Positions 15,112-29,199 of a stretch of 64,000 nt of DNA are shown piece after piece. The notes under the pieces were generated by a model, which saw only the letters and a list, made by a program, of their open reading frames with translations, did not search any database and had not been told where the DNA came from. The stretch's first letter is position 1. Every line of letters begins with the position of its first letter. The position numbers were made by a program, and so were the translations under genes. Source of the DNA: the human T2T-CHM13v2.0 reference genome, Homo sapiens. The stretch lies in NCBI RefSeq assembly GCF_009914755.1, contig NC_060947.1; one strand, given 5' to 3'.

Positions 15112-16959
15112 CTAATCATATCATTTTCTTTTCTGAAAAACACCTGCTCGGTTCCATGTGCCTGCAAGATGAAGTCAGTCTCCTGCACATTCAAAGACTG
15201 TCATTATTTGACCCCAGTTCACCTTGCACAATTCATCTGGGTCCACGTTTTTTCTGTGCATGCAACAGGCAAGATATACTAAATATCTCACTATTTTTCT
15301 GGCATTCTTGGTCCTTCACAACTCTTGGCTGGGTATGTGGTACACTCTCTCTTTCAGAGGCTTGTTTGTCACTCTGCATGACAAGCTACCTTTCATTCAT
15401 CTTTAGTTTCTTACTGTCATCCTGTAAACCAAAAAGGGTTTTATCTTTGCTATGAAAGAAAAAAAATGAAACAAAAGCTCCCTAATCTAAGTAAAATGTT
15501 ACCTAATTTGTGAAGGTTTCTTGTTCGCCAAAGGCAACATCAGCCAATTCTTCTAACGTGCTTCTATAATAATCTGTTCTGTCACAGCATTTAAACACCA
15601 CTTTTGTAGTCACCTGCCAATATGCCAGCATTTCAACTTTATTCTAAACCCTGAAAATGTGGAAAATCGACTTTATTTAACTCTCCTAAAACATAGTAGA
15701 CATTAGGTAAGTATTTGATAAATTAAATAAAAATAAAAGGTGAGTTACAATTCATTTAGTTTTGTATCATACCTGTGACATTACACCAGGGAAAATTTTT
15801 CAGAAAATTAATATACTAATTCTATATGACCATCAATAGATCAATCTCAAGATTACAGGAATGCAAGAATCCTCCCTTATTGACACAAACAAATTTATTA
15901 TCTGTAGCTATATTAAAAGCCCAAGAAAAATGTCATAAAGTGTTTTAAATATTTTAAAACTAAAAATGAGCTTTAATATCTTTAATTTCTTTCTTCATTC
16001 TTCATATTCCCTTCAGAGAGAACCCCTGAAAATACAGTCATGTTCACAACTCTCTCCTAAATGTCTTATTTTTTCTTGACTCCATGTTTCTTCTAAAGAT
16101 ATGCTGTTTACCTGGGACACCACTCCCTAAATTCTCTACGTATATTTCCAGGCCAGCACAAAAGTCGCCTCCTTTATAAAGCTCTTCCAGATTTTCCAAA
16201 TAAGAATTAATCAATTCTGCTTCCCTGGAGTCACTGAGATAACATATAAGCTGCCTAAAATGTAATTAGGCAGTCAATAAAAGATTTTTATACTGAATGC
16301 TCTGATAACTCAAACCGTTTCCTCTCTACTTGTAGTCTTCCATGATCAGTCCAGGGACAACACAAAACATTAGAAACAGAGATCTTCACACCTCTAAAAA
16401 GCTTTTGTTCACCTTTGGGGAAGATTTTTACCCATAATCAACCCAACCTATGATTTATGAGCTACGCAGGTTTGTTAACTATTTGCATGTTATTGTCTCA
16501 CTTGAAAGATACAACTCCCTAATTGAGAGTTACTGTCTTGACCCTCACTATACACGTTCTATTGTTCACTTATATGACCATCTCATCTTATTTATGTCAG
16601 TTACCTCATCTGACCTTGATGATCAGCCATTGTTTCCAAATACAGCCAGCTAATTTATGGTTGACATTCACTGCTCTGGGCAAATTGAGAGCTGGGAATT
16701 GAATGATTTTCATTAATTTATATAGCTTGCAGCATAAAGATATAAAAATCTAAGATAAAAATCTTAGTACAAAACTTAAACCTTAAAAACATAATTTAGC
16801 CTTGTCTTCTAAAACCCAGTTCTATTACCTGACTCTCCATAGCTCATTCCATATCTTGCGAGAACTTGTTTTATTAAAAGTATAAAATCAGTGTGTATAA
16901 ACCTGAAGGGAAGAAGAGTGTAGACAACAGGAAACTCCCAGATTTGGGAAACGTCAACC

Positions 16960-19290
16960 ATTATTTCCTCAAAATGTTTTCTGTGCATTAACTTCTTGCC
17001 AGCTTCCTTCAGAAACTTCAAAGACACAAATGTTAGGCATTTTGTTATTACGCCACAGGTCCCTGAGTTTCTGTTTGCTTTTTAAATCCTTTTTCTCCTT
17101 GTTTTTCCAGATTTCTGGTGGTCTATTTCCAAGTTTATTGACTACTTTCTTTCATTTCCATCTTGCCGTTGAGCCTATTCAGTGAAATATTTATTAAAAT
17201 ATTATGTTTTTCAGTTCTAAAATTTGTATTTGGCAAGAGTGTAGAGAAAAAGGAACTCTTGTGCATTGTTGGTGGGGATGTAAATTAATACAGCCATTAT
17301 GGAAAGCAGTATTGTGGTTCCTCACAAAACTAAAAATACATTTCCCATATAATCCAGCAATCCTACTTCTGGGTATATATCCAAAGGAAATGAAAAAGAT
17401 ATTTAAACTACCATGTTTATTTCAGCATTATTAACAATAGCAAAGATATGGAAGTAAGCTAACTGTCCATCATTGAATGAATGGCGACATATATAAACAA
17501 TAGAATACCTTCAGCCTTAGAAAGAGATAAATCTTGTCATTCAAAACAACATGGATGACCCTGTAGGACATTATGCTAATTGAAATAATCCAGGCACAGA
17601 AAGACAAATATTGCACTCACTTATATGAGGAATGTAAAAAGTTGAAATTATAGAAGTGGAGAGTAGAAGAGTGGTTACCACAGGCTGGAGGATGGGGTTG
17701 AATGGTAAAAGCAGAGGTGTTGATCAACGGGTACAGAATTTCAGTTAAATGTGATGAATAAGCTTTTTTGATCATGAGCACAGATGCTGACTATGATAAA
17801 TAATAATGCATTGCATATTTCAAAATTATTGAAAGATTAAATAAGTATGTGAGATGATGGATTTGTTAATTAGCTTGATTTAATCATTCCACAATGTCAA
17901 CATAAATCAAAACATCACATTGAACCCTGTAAATATATAATATGTACAATTATTATTTGTCAATTAATAATAAAATAAGAAACAAAATACAAATTATATT
18001 TAGTTCTCTTTAAAATAATTTCTATATCTCTGATGAAAATGTCACTTTCCAATTATTTCAAGAGTGTTATATTTATCTTATGAAAGATGTCTATAATAGT
18101 TGCTTTAATGTCTTTGTCTGATAATTCCAATATCGTAGTCATCTTGATATTAGAGAGGTTGGCCTCTGTCTTTTTCCATGAGAACTGGTTACATTTTCTT
18201 GGTTCTTTGTATCTTGAGTAAATTTTGGATTGGATCTTGAACATTTTTGAAAATTATGTTGTGAGACACTGCTGTGTTAAAATCCTTTGGACAATGTTGA
18301 CATTTTGTTTCAGCAGACAGCCAATCCATTTAATTTGAGATCAGAATTTTACCTGTCTTGACCTCAGAGTGTAGTAGCTTTATTATCATTTTAATGTACA
18401 AGCTTTTCCATACTCTTTGGATCAGTCTTTAGCAAGAGCCACTCAGAGGTTCATCTGAGATTTAAGTGGTAATGTATATTGTATTTTAATCATCAAAGGC
18501 ATTCTTTATTTCTTTGGGCTCCTTTCACACATGCACAGCTTGTGAATCAGCCTGGGACGTGTGTTGACTTGTATATAAAATTAAGGAAACATTTATCCAT
18601 CTGTCTCCTTCCAAGAATTTTCCTTATATTCTCTGGTCTCCAGGGAATCCTTTTGTTTGCTCTCTGGTTAGAAATCTGGGACTTTTTCCAGAAGTTTAGT
18701 CCCCCGTCTTGCCATGCATTTCTGAAAGACTAAGCCTGTTTGGGGAGTGAAGCAGTGAGAAAAACAAAGCTACTAAATTATAGTTTTCCTTAACATTCAC
18801 CAAACAGGGGCCCCTTTCTAAGTTTCACTATCCAAAGAAATGGGTTTTCTCTCAGCCTGAGGTGTCATGTGCCACCAGTTCAGCTGTCTCAGGGCAAAGG
18901 ATAGGAGAAATAAAAAAATGAGAAATTCTCACGTACTCTCTAGATTACAGGGAGCCCTTTCCCTAGTCCTCTTAAGAAGGATAAATTTTCTCTCCTAGTT
19001 TTTACCGTCCATGACTGCTGCACATTTCCCAAGAAGGCCTGCCCTCATTCTACAGCTGGAAGATAAATAAGGAGAAAAAACTTAGAAAACACAGAGGCTG
19101 AAAGTTCAAATACTTCTTTGGACGTTGCTCTCTAATCTGCTTGCTTTTTTTGTTTTGTTTTGTTTTGCTTTTACTCTTCACAGGGTTTGAGTAGTTTCTG
19201 CATGTTTTTATTTCCCCAGAGTTTTTACTTGTAATCAGTGAGAAAGAAAGACTGTAGTGGGTTTATTCTATCTAGTCCAAAACTAGAAGT
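16960..19290 (-). mobile_element. Old L1M 5'/ORF1 region, split by an L1MA insertion
   Basis: Antisense ORF1-like text (ttttcagttctaaaattt...tagttgctttaatgtctttgtctgataattccaa). Confidence 0.6.
17231..17990 (+). mobile_element. L1MA-type 3' end
   Basis: ORF2 C-terminus ([13 protein letters not shown]), 3' UTR and caattattatttgtcaatta A-rich end. Confidence 0.85.
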
Positions 19291-19449
19291 TGTAGATTTA
19301 TTTTTAATGTATTAATCTCAAGGAATATCTCTTAAATTTCTACTATGAGGATGTTTTTCATAAGAATTACCTATAATATTACTGGCATTAATACACAATA
19401 TATGGCTAAAGAAAATGAACAGTAACTTTTTTAAAAAAAAGCTCAAGTC

Positions 19450-19790
19450 CAGAGAATCAAGAGCATAGACTCAGGAGTCAGATTGTCTTTTTTGGAACAT
19501 GGTTTGAAACTTGGCTTTTCTACTAGCTGGATGGGAAAAGTTATGCCTGTTACTTAAGCTCACTAAGCCTCAGTTTTCTCATACATATAATTTTCTCGAG
19601 ATAATTTAATAAAATAATGTAGATTAAAGCTCTGGAAGAATAGAAAATTTCATCTGCTTCTTTCATTACTCTGTCCTTAGTTGTTTGATTAGTGGCTAGT
19701 ACATGATAGGCATTTTAAATATTAATAAATATCTATAAAATGCCTGACATTTAGAAGGTTTTCAATAAATGTTAGCTATCATTATATGGT
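19450..19790. mobile_element. MIR/L2 fragments
   Basis: ggagtcaga...ttacttaa...aagcctcagttttctcat...caataaatgttagctat. Confidence 0.6.
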
Positions 19791-20638
19791 AGAAACTATC
19801 AATGAACATCTATTGGCAAAACTGCATAATGCATTTATACATATATCCCAACCAAAATATTTGCTATTGATAGCAAACACATTATCCTTGAGCTATTAAG
19901 GCATAAACACAAAATTAAATTATGAATATAATATTAGGGTGGCATCAACTTATTAAAAACCTACTTAAATTTCTATCCTTCACTGCTTAACAGTGTAACA
20001 ATTTTTATGTTTACTGCCAATTGGGTAGGGTGAAATTTTATTTTATTGGAAATTAAATTAAATTCTTCAAGCATCAGGGGTTTGGGGAAGTACAAAGGGG
20101 CTGAAATGCATGCTCTGATATTTGGTGACTATGCCATGTTCTCTCTGTCCATGGCTTTTGGATACATGAAACTGTATTATCAGTTGATTTAAATCTCCAC
20201 ATATAGAGTTTATTTTCATAGCATGGACATCAAGATGGTACTGTCATAAGATGGTACTGTCATAGTCGACTGATCCACCTCAAGCCTCTTGGTACAATCA
20301 TTATTCAAACATACCAATTCAACCACTGACATCAGTAATTTTGTCTATTCAGAAAGCACAGTAAAGTGTGGCTTCTGCTTCACAAGTAGAGTTACTTTTG
20401 AAATATCTAGTAAGGATTACACAAAAAAGTATGTGCCTTGGCAACATTGCTTAATCCATGAATCAGTTTGACTAATTGAGTTGTACAGTAGTACGATTCT
20501 CATTTCCTTCAAGACATTAGTAATATCAAATTGATGAACAATTTCCCTGAGAAGTCATAGTGTTTCCCTCCTTTGCATTCTCATCTCCCTCTAATTCCAA
20601 ATATATTTCACTTCTCAACAGGCCAACTAAAAAAAGTG

Positions 20639-20641
20639 GTG

Positions 20642-20683
<42 letters not shown>
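20639..20683. repeat. (GT)n microsatellite
   Basis: About 22 GT units with one GC interruption. Confidence 0.97.
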
Positions 20684-20684
<1 letters not shown>

Positions 20685-21116
20685 ATGCTCAGGTGTTTCA
20701 CCGTGGACAGGCCTATGCAAACCTACCTCAAAGACTGAGGAAGTTGAGAGGCTGAAGAGAGAGTCTGACAGATACAGTTTCACAGAAAGAAACACGTAAT
20801 AGGGACTTATGAACAGAAGCCATGTCTATGTCTTGGGCAACAACAAGACAAGATGGTGGGTTTCCACACAATTAGCCCTCAGATCCAGAGCTTATATAGC
20901 ATTTGGGAGGGGTGGTTCAGAAGAGATGTGTAGGATAATTGAATTATTATATCATTAAAGTTGTTGGACCTAAGCGCATTATTTATGGTAAGTATCTGCT
21001 GTTATGCAAGGTACAATAAATAAACTGGAAATTTTAGAGGGCTTCCTAGAACTGGGGTCAATCAGAAACCAACATGGCAGATCAGCTTCCAGAATGGAAT
21101 TACAGTAGCTTCCACA
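20684..21116 (-). mobile_element. Solo LTR, LTR47-like
   Basis: Minus strand starts tgtggaagctactgtaattccattctggaagctgatctgccatgttg; also contains ggcctatgcaaacctacc. Confidence 0.65.
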
Positions 21117-21559
21117 GCAGGCATAAAGGTGTCTGTGTGTGTTTTAGATCTTCCATAAGTCTGGACAAGCAATGTAGAAATGGATGTAATTGGCAGTTAT
21201 AATAAACAGCAATTTTGCAACTTTTACTTGTATCCTTGTACCTCTTCATTTGTGACAATAAAACCTTTCTATGTGAAATATTCCTTTTAACCTGAAAAAG
21301 TAAAAGTAATGAGGGTATTTGGCTGCTTGGCTCTTTCAGGATAGATAGCTATCAGCATTTTAATCTCTATAGTTGATTTAAAAATACAGAATCTTAGTTC
21401 TTCAGTTATCATAAAAATAAATAGAAATAAAAAAATACATGTTTACTGAAAAGTGAATCTCAACTAAACAAATAGTTGAGTTTCTTTCAGGTTCTAGCTA
21501 TTGCTGGTGATATAAAAATGAATGAGAATTATCCTCTATATGGCATTCAGGATTTAACA

Positions 21560-21780
21560 ACAACATCACTTGTATGGCACTTAATATGTGCTACATACTG
21601 ATTTAATGCATATTATGTAAATTAGTTATACATTTCTTACAAGAATTCTACAAAGTAGGTACTATTATTATTACTATTTTCCACATATATTAACAGAGAC
21701 ACAATGAGGTTAATTAACTTGCCCAAAATGACATAGTTGTTAATTAGTAAAGACAGTTTTTAAATACAAGCAGTCAAGAT
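21560..21780. mobile_element. MIR
   Basis: gtaggtactattatt...gaggttaattaacttgcccaa. Confidence 0.7.
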
Positions 21781-21964
21781 ACATCTGAAAGACAGAAGAA
21801 AAAATGTTAAATTATTAAAGAAATATAATATTATTTAGTGGGACAGGGCCATCTTGCAATAAAATTTTTTATCTACATAGAAAAATGTGGATTTCAAATT
21901 TTTGATTAAGTTTCACAATTTTCTAGGCTCCTGTTCTGCTCTGTAGGCATATTAACAAAACTCT

Positions 21965-24555
21965 GATAATGTCAAATAAAATGACAGAATATGGATCTCC
22001 AAAAATTCCTCCATAAGAACAATGAAATAAAACTGGCATAAATTGCCAGAATTCACATTTCAGAACTCTGTAATTTGACCAAAGTTTACAGCAATCTAGG
22101 AAGCATTTATAAAAACAAACAAACAAAACAAAACACAGTAGAATCTCAGTAGAAACAGTAAGTTTTGTGGTATTTTAAGTTACTCTATTCACATACTCCT
22201 CCATCCAGCTCAGTGGTAGCCTTAAAAACCAACAGCTTGATATTATACTGAAACCCAGTAGACTGGCAGCCACCACAATAGGCAGAACCAGCAGAGTGGC
22301 AGCCACCAGAGTAGGCAGAAGCCATTTGGATCTTTTTCATATCACCATCCCAGGAGAATTGGCATTATTGACTTGTCTGGCAGGTGGAGGTCCCTGGAGG
22401 ACCCACTAGCAAAGCTATCTTTCTTCTACTTTACTTTGAGATCACCCTGAAGGGAAAGCCTTATACTGGGGGCATTTGTATAGTTTGGAGGCAATTGTTT
22501 GAATTCACAGTAGCCTGAGGCAGTGGATAACAGTTGGGAAATATCAATAGGGTAACCAAATAGTTTTAAGGAGAAACTAGAAAATAAAGTATTTTAAGGA
22601 GCTTTAAAAAGCTCCAACGTATTCCCAGGAGTCTACAAGGTAATGTAAAAGTGTAGGGTTGTGAGAAATCTCAGGGCTGTACTCAATTTCAAGAAAAACT
22701 CTAGAAGGCCCTCATTTCTTATATTTGGTTTAACTTCAGTCTCTGCATGAGGCAAAAGAGAATGCTAAGAGTTGTCAGTGCCTGGATAAGTATCAAATGC
22801 ATGATCCAACACACACAGAAATCTCCTTGACAAAGACTGGGTGACTTACAGATTCAATGCATTTAAGAAAATCCCTTTCAAATTATTACTTGACCACTCA
22901 GAATGGGGAGAAGGTTCTTCAGTGGCCACACATTACAAAGGTAACAGACCTAGAAAAATTATTTAGAAAAGTAACTAAACAAACAACAACAAAAAGCCAA
23001 AACAACAAAGTCTAGAAGAGAGGAAAACCCAATTTTCAGATTTTCAAATTACATTATTTTGCTTTTTACCCAAAAATGTATGAGACATAAAAAGAAACAA
23101 GAAAGTATGGCCAATATATAGGAAGAAAAAGCAAACAATTAGTGGCAAGTTTTCCTGAAAAAGACCATATATTGGACTTAATAAACAGTTTAATGCAGCT
23201 ATTTTAAATACGTCAAAAACTACACATATTCATGTGTAAAGAAGTTAAGAAAAGTATGAGAACAAAGACTCACCAAATAGAGAATATTAATAAAAGGTTA
23301 GATTTTTTAAAATTTCAAAGTTGTAAAGAAAAATAACTGAAATGAAAAGTTTATTAGAGGGGTACAGCAGGAGACTTGAGAAGGTAAAAGATGGAATCAG
23401 TGAACTTAAAGATAAGACAATTAATATTACTTAATCTGAGAAAAATAAAAGAAATAGAGTGGAGGAAAATGAACAGATATTCAAACATTTGTATCAAGGA
23501 GACAAATACATTTATAATGAGGAGAATAAAAGTGGCAGAATAAATATTTAAAGAAATAATTGTAGAAAAATTCCCAGATTTGTGTAAAACCATTAACTTT
23601 CATATTAAAAAAGCTATATTACATTGAAATAGAAAAACTTCAATGAGATTCACATATACAAATATGATAATCAATCTGCTAGAAAAATAAGCAATTAAAA
23701 GACAAAGACAAAGATAGATCCTCAAAAGCAGCACAAAAACAGCAACACCTCATGTACAAGGGATCCTCAAAAAGATTGTCAACAGACTTTTCAACAAAAT
23801 CCTTGGAGGCCATAAGGCAGTAGGATGATATATTTGAAATGCTGAAAGAACAAAAAACTTTCAGCCAAGAACTTTGTAACTAGCAAAAATGTCTTTAGAA
23901 AATGAGGAAGAAATAAAGACATTCCTGAATTTTAAAATTGGGAGAGCTAATTACTGTTAAATCTGATGTAAAAAAATATGAAAACAAGTTCTTCAGATGG
24001 AAATAAAAGGAAGCTAGGCATTAACTCCAAACCATATGAATATATGGAGATCTCCAGTAAAATAAATACAAAGACAAGTATAAACACCAATATTCTTGTC
24101 ATTTGGTTTACAGCACCACATTTTATCTTTCAAAGGGCATAAAAGACAAATGAATGTAACTAATTATAAATCTGTTACCAAGCTCATTGTATTTAAGGAT
24201 GCTCTTTGTGACATCAATAATATAAAATGGGAGTGGCAGAGATGTGTAAGAGGACACTCTTATGTACTATCGAAGTTAAGTTGGTGTGAATTCAAATTAG
24301 ATTGTCATAACTTTAAGATATTATAGGTAATTCTCATGATAACCTGAAAGGAAAATTTTGGGTTCACAATAACTATGAAGAAAATATATTTCAAATATAC
24401 ACAAAAGGAAGTAACAAGATAACCACGAAAAGAAATCTTAACACAAAAGAAGGCAGTAATGGAGGAAATGAGGGAAAAAGAAAGTTGCATGGCATAAGAG
24501 AAAACATAACAAAATGGGAAAATTATTTTTTATTATAATTAAATATAAATGCATT
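21965..24555 (+). mobile_element. Old L1M 5' UTR plus ORF1 remnant
   Basis: Decayed ORF1 motifs (cagtgaacttaaagataag, aagaaataattgtagaaaaattccc, gatatatttgaaatgctgaaag). Confidence 0.7.
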
Positions 24556-24844
24556 GCAGTTGAAAGTTTTAACAATAGACAAGACTAAGTGGAAGAAATT
24601 CAGAGCTCAAAGAAAAGGCTTTTAAATTAAACCAATGAGACAAAAGTAAAGAAAAAAGAATCAAAATAAATGAACAAAGTTTCCAAGAAATATAGGATTA
24701 TGTAAAATGGCCAAACTTAAGAATCATTGGTGTTCCTGAGGGATAAAAGAAGGTAAACCATTCTGAAAACTTATTTGAGGGAATAATTGAGCAAATCTTC
24801 CCTAGCATTCATAGAGATTAATATGTCCAAGTATAAGGAGTTCA

Positions 24845-25633
<789 letters not shown>

Positions 25634-26375
25634 CTATAAAGAAGAACCTATCATATTAACAGCAGACTTCTCAGCAGAAACCTTACAATCTAGGAGGGAC
25701 TTGAGTCCTATCTTTAGCTGACTTAAACAGAATGAAAGTTAGCCAAGAATTTTGTGTCTAGCAAAATTAAGTTTTATGAATAAAGGAGAAATAAAATTAT
25801 TTTTCTGACAAACAAATGCTGAGGAGATTTGTCACTATTAGTCCAGCCCTAGAAGAAATGCGAAAATGAGTTCTAAATCATGAAACAAAAAGGAAATATG
25901 CACCACAATAGGACCTTTTGAAAGCATAAAACTCACAGAGCCCATAAAACAATAACAGTGAAGAAAACAAAGTATCTACATAACACTTAACATGATGACT
26001 GAAATAGTATTATATTTCACATCTCATTTGAATTTAAATGGCCTAAATGCTCCACTTAAAAAATACAGGTTGGCTGAACACATTTTTAAAAATCACAAAC
26101 CAAACATCTGCCATCTTCAAGAGACTTGCCAGACATGGAAGGATTCATACAAACTCAAGGTAAAAGAATAGAAGAAGGTAATCCATAGAAATGGAAACCA
26201 AAAATGAGCAGGAATAGCTATTCTTGTACAGATAGAACAGATGCTAAAGCAACAAGATTTAAAAAAGACAAAGAAAGTCATTATATACTAATAAAAAAAT
26301 CACTCCAATAAGATGTTACAATCTTAAATTTAAATGCAGCTAACTCTGGAGATTCCAGATTGATAAAACAACTAC

Positions 26376-27391
26376 TGTATCCAGAATTGGTTCCTTCTGG
26401 TGGGTTCTTGGTCTCACTAACTTCAAGAATGAAGCTGCAGACCCTTGCAGTGAGTGTTACAGTTCTTAAGGATGGTGTGTCCAGAGTTTGTTCCTTCAGA
26501 TGTTCAGATGTGTCAGAGTCTCTTCCTTCTGGTGGGTTCGTGGTCTCACTGACTTCAGGAGTGAAGCCGCAGACCTTCACAGTGAGTGTTACAGCTCTTA
26601 AAGGTGGTGCATCCAGAGTTGTTTCTTCCTTCTGGTGGGTTTGTGGTCTTGCTGACTTCACGAATAAAGCTGCAGGCCCTCGTGGTGAGTGTTACAGCTC
26701 ATAAAGGTAGTGCAGACCCAAAGAGTGAGCAGCAGCAAGACTGATTGTGAAGAGCGAAAGAACAAAGCTTCCACAGCATGGAGGGGGACCTAAGCGGGTT
26801 GCCACTGCTGGATCGGGTGGCCAGCTTTTATTCCCTTATTTGGCCTCACCCACGTCCTGCTGATTGGTCCATTTTACAGAGTGCTGATTGGTCCATTTTA
26901 CAGAGTGCTGATTGGTCCATTTTTACAGAGTGCTGATTGGTGCATTTACAAACCTTTAGCTAGACACAGAGCACTGATTGGTGCGTTTTTGCAGAGTGCT
27001 GATTGATGTGTTTACAAACCTTTAGTTAGACACAGAGTGCTGATTGGTGTGTTTTTACAGAGTGCTGATTGGTGCATATGCAAACCTTTAGCTAGACACA
27101 GAGCACTGATTGGTGCATTTTTATAGAGTGCTGATTGATGCATTTACAAACCTTTAGCTAGACACAGCACTGATTGGTGCATTTTTATAGAGTGCTGATT
27201 GGTGCATTTACAAATCTTTAGCTAGACACAGAGCACTGATTGGTGTGTTTTTACAGAGTGCTGATTAATGCGTTTACAAACCTTTAGCTAGACACAGAGC
27301 ACTGAATGGTGTGTTTACAATCCTTTAGCTAGACAGAAAAGTTATCCAAGTCCCCACTTGACCCAGGACGTCCAGCTGGCTTCACCTCTCA
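26376..27391 (-). mobile_element. Solo LTR12 (ERV-9/HERV9 LTR)
   Basis: Minus strand starts tgagaggtgaagccagctgg. U3 tandem repeats of caccaatcagc and U5 repeats are present. 4-bp TSD ctac at 26372-26375 and 27392-27395. Confidence 0.96.
26819..27310 (-). promoter_or_regulatory. LTR12 U3 enhancer/promoter: CCAAT (NF-Y) array and AATAAA-type TATA element
   Basis: About 11 intact tgattgg copies plus several variants; ggccaaataagggaataaaagctgg on the minus strand at about 26821-26845. Confidence 0.75.
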
Positions 27392-28557
27392 CTACTACTA
27401 GTTCTAAGAAATGAGATAAGCAGCAATACAATAATAGTGGAGGATTTCATCACTCCACTGACAGCACTAGACATATTATCAAGTTAAAAAATTCAACAAG
27501 GAAAAAATGGGCTTAAACTACACTCTAAAACAAATGGACCTAACAGATATTTACAAAATATTCCACCCAAAAACTGCAGAATGTATATTCTTATTAGCAG
27601 CACAAGGAACATTCTCCAAGATAGACCATATGAAAGGGACATAAAACAAGTCTCAATACAATTTAAAAATTGAAATAATATCAAATATCTTCTCAGGCCA
27701 CAGTGGAATAAAACTAGAAACCAACTCCAAAGTGAACCTCCAAACTATACATGGAGATTAAAAAATCTACTCCTGAATAATTGGGTTAAAATGATATCAA
27801 GATGGAAATTAAATAATTCTTTGAAAAGATGATAACAGTGACAAAAGTTATAAAAACCTCAGGGATAAAGCAAAAGCAGTGCTAAGAGTAAAGTTTGGAG
27901 TCCTAAACGCATCTATTGAAAAGTCTGAAAGATAAGAAATTGACAACCTAATGTCTCATTTCAAGAAACTAGAGAAACAAGAACAAACCAAAAGCAAAGG
28001 TAGCGGGAGAAAATAAATAAGATCAGAGCAGAGCTAAATAAAATTGAAATAAAAAGCAATAAAATAAATCAGTGAATCAAAAGGTTCTTTGAAAATATAA
28101 AATTGATAATTAGCTATATTAAGCAAGAAAACAAGAGAGAAATTTCAAATAAGCTCAATTAGAAATGAAAATGGATACATTACAACCAACATCACAGACA
28201 TCAACAATTCATTCAAGACTATTAAGGACACCTCTATGCATATGAACTAGAAAATCTAGGGGAACTGGATGAATTCCTGGAAATATACAACAGTTCTAGA
28301 TTAAATCAGAAGAAAATAGAAACACTAAACAGACAAATAGTCAGCAGTGAGGTAGAATCAGTAATAAAAAAAATTTCAACCAAAAAGAAAACCCAGGGCC
28401 AGATGGATTCACAGCTGAAGTCTACCAGACATTCAAACAAGAATTGGTACCAATTCTACTGGAACTATTCCAGAATGATTAAGAAAGAAGGAATCCTTCT
28501 TAACTCATTATATGAAGCCAGAATCACCATGATACAAAAGCCAGGAAAGGTTATAAC

Positions 28558-28772
28558 AAGAAGAAAGAAGGAAAGAAGGAAAGAAAAGAAAGAAAGAAAA
28601 AGAAAGAAGGAAAGAAAGAGAAAGAGAAAGAAAGAGAAAGAAAGAAACAAAGAAAGAGGGAGGGAGGGAAGGGGAGGGAGGGAAGGAGGGAAGGAAGGAA
28701 GGAAGGAAAGAAGGAAGGAAAGAAAGAAGGAAAGAAGGAAAGAGAAAGAAAGAAGGAAGGAAGGAAGGAGAA
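28558..28772. repeat. Compound (GAAA)/(GGAA)/(GGGA) polypurine tract
   Basis: About 215 nt, almost entirely A/G. Confidence 0.95.
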
Positions 28773-29003
28773 CTACAGACCAATATCCCTGATGAACATA
28801 GATGCAAAAATTCTCAACAAAATACTAACTAGCTGAATCCAACACCACATCAAATAAATAATACACCATGAACAAGTGCATTTCATTCCAGGGATGTAGG
28901 AATTTTACAATGTATGCAAGTCAATAAATGTGATATATCACATAGGCAGAATAAAAAAAAACATATGGTCATCTCAATAAATGTAGAAAAAGCATTCAAT
29001 AAT

Positions 29004-29192
29004 GAGTGAGGCCACAGTGAAAAGGCATCATCTGTGAAAAAGAAAGCAAGCCCTCATGGGAGACTGAATATATCCCAGTGCCATGATCATACAGTTCTCA
29101 GTCTCCTGAACTGTAAGAAATAAATTTCTCATTTTTTTATAATCTACCTAGTTCATGGCATTTTGTTATAGTAGCAGGAATGTATCAAAACA
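29004..29192 (+). mobile_element. MaLR LTR 3' fragment (MLT1A/MSTD-like)
   Basis: gaactgtaagaaataaatttc...ttttgttatagtagca. Confidence 0.7.
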
Positions 29193-29199
29193 GCCATAT

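Noticed and set aside
20289-20471. Possible exon in unique sequence
   Set aside because: The minus-strand AG...GT candidate has stops in all three frames, and the plus-strand ORF lacks an ATG and any recognisable similarity.
26850-27340. CRISPR-like repeat/spacer array
   Set aside because: The intervening sequences are themselves repeated; this is the standard LTR12 U3 tandem array in human DNA.
28403-28807. K/E/R-rich and F/L/S-rich ORFs
   Set aside because: Translations of the GA simple repeat.
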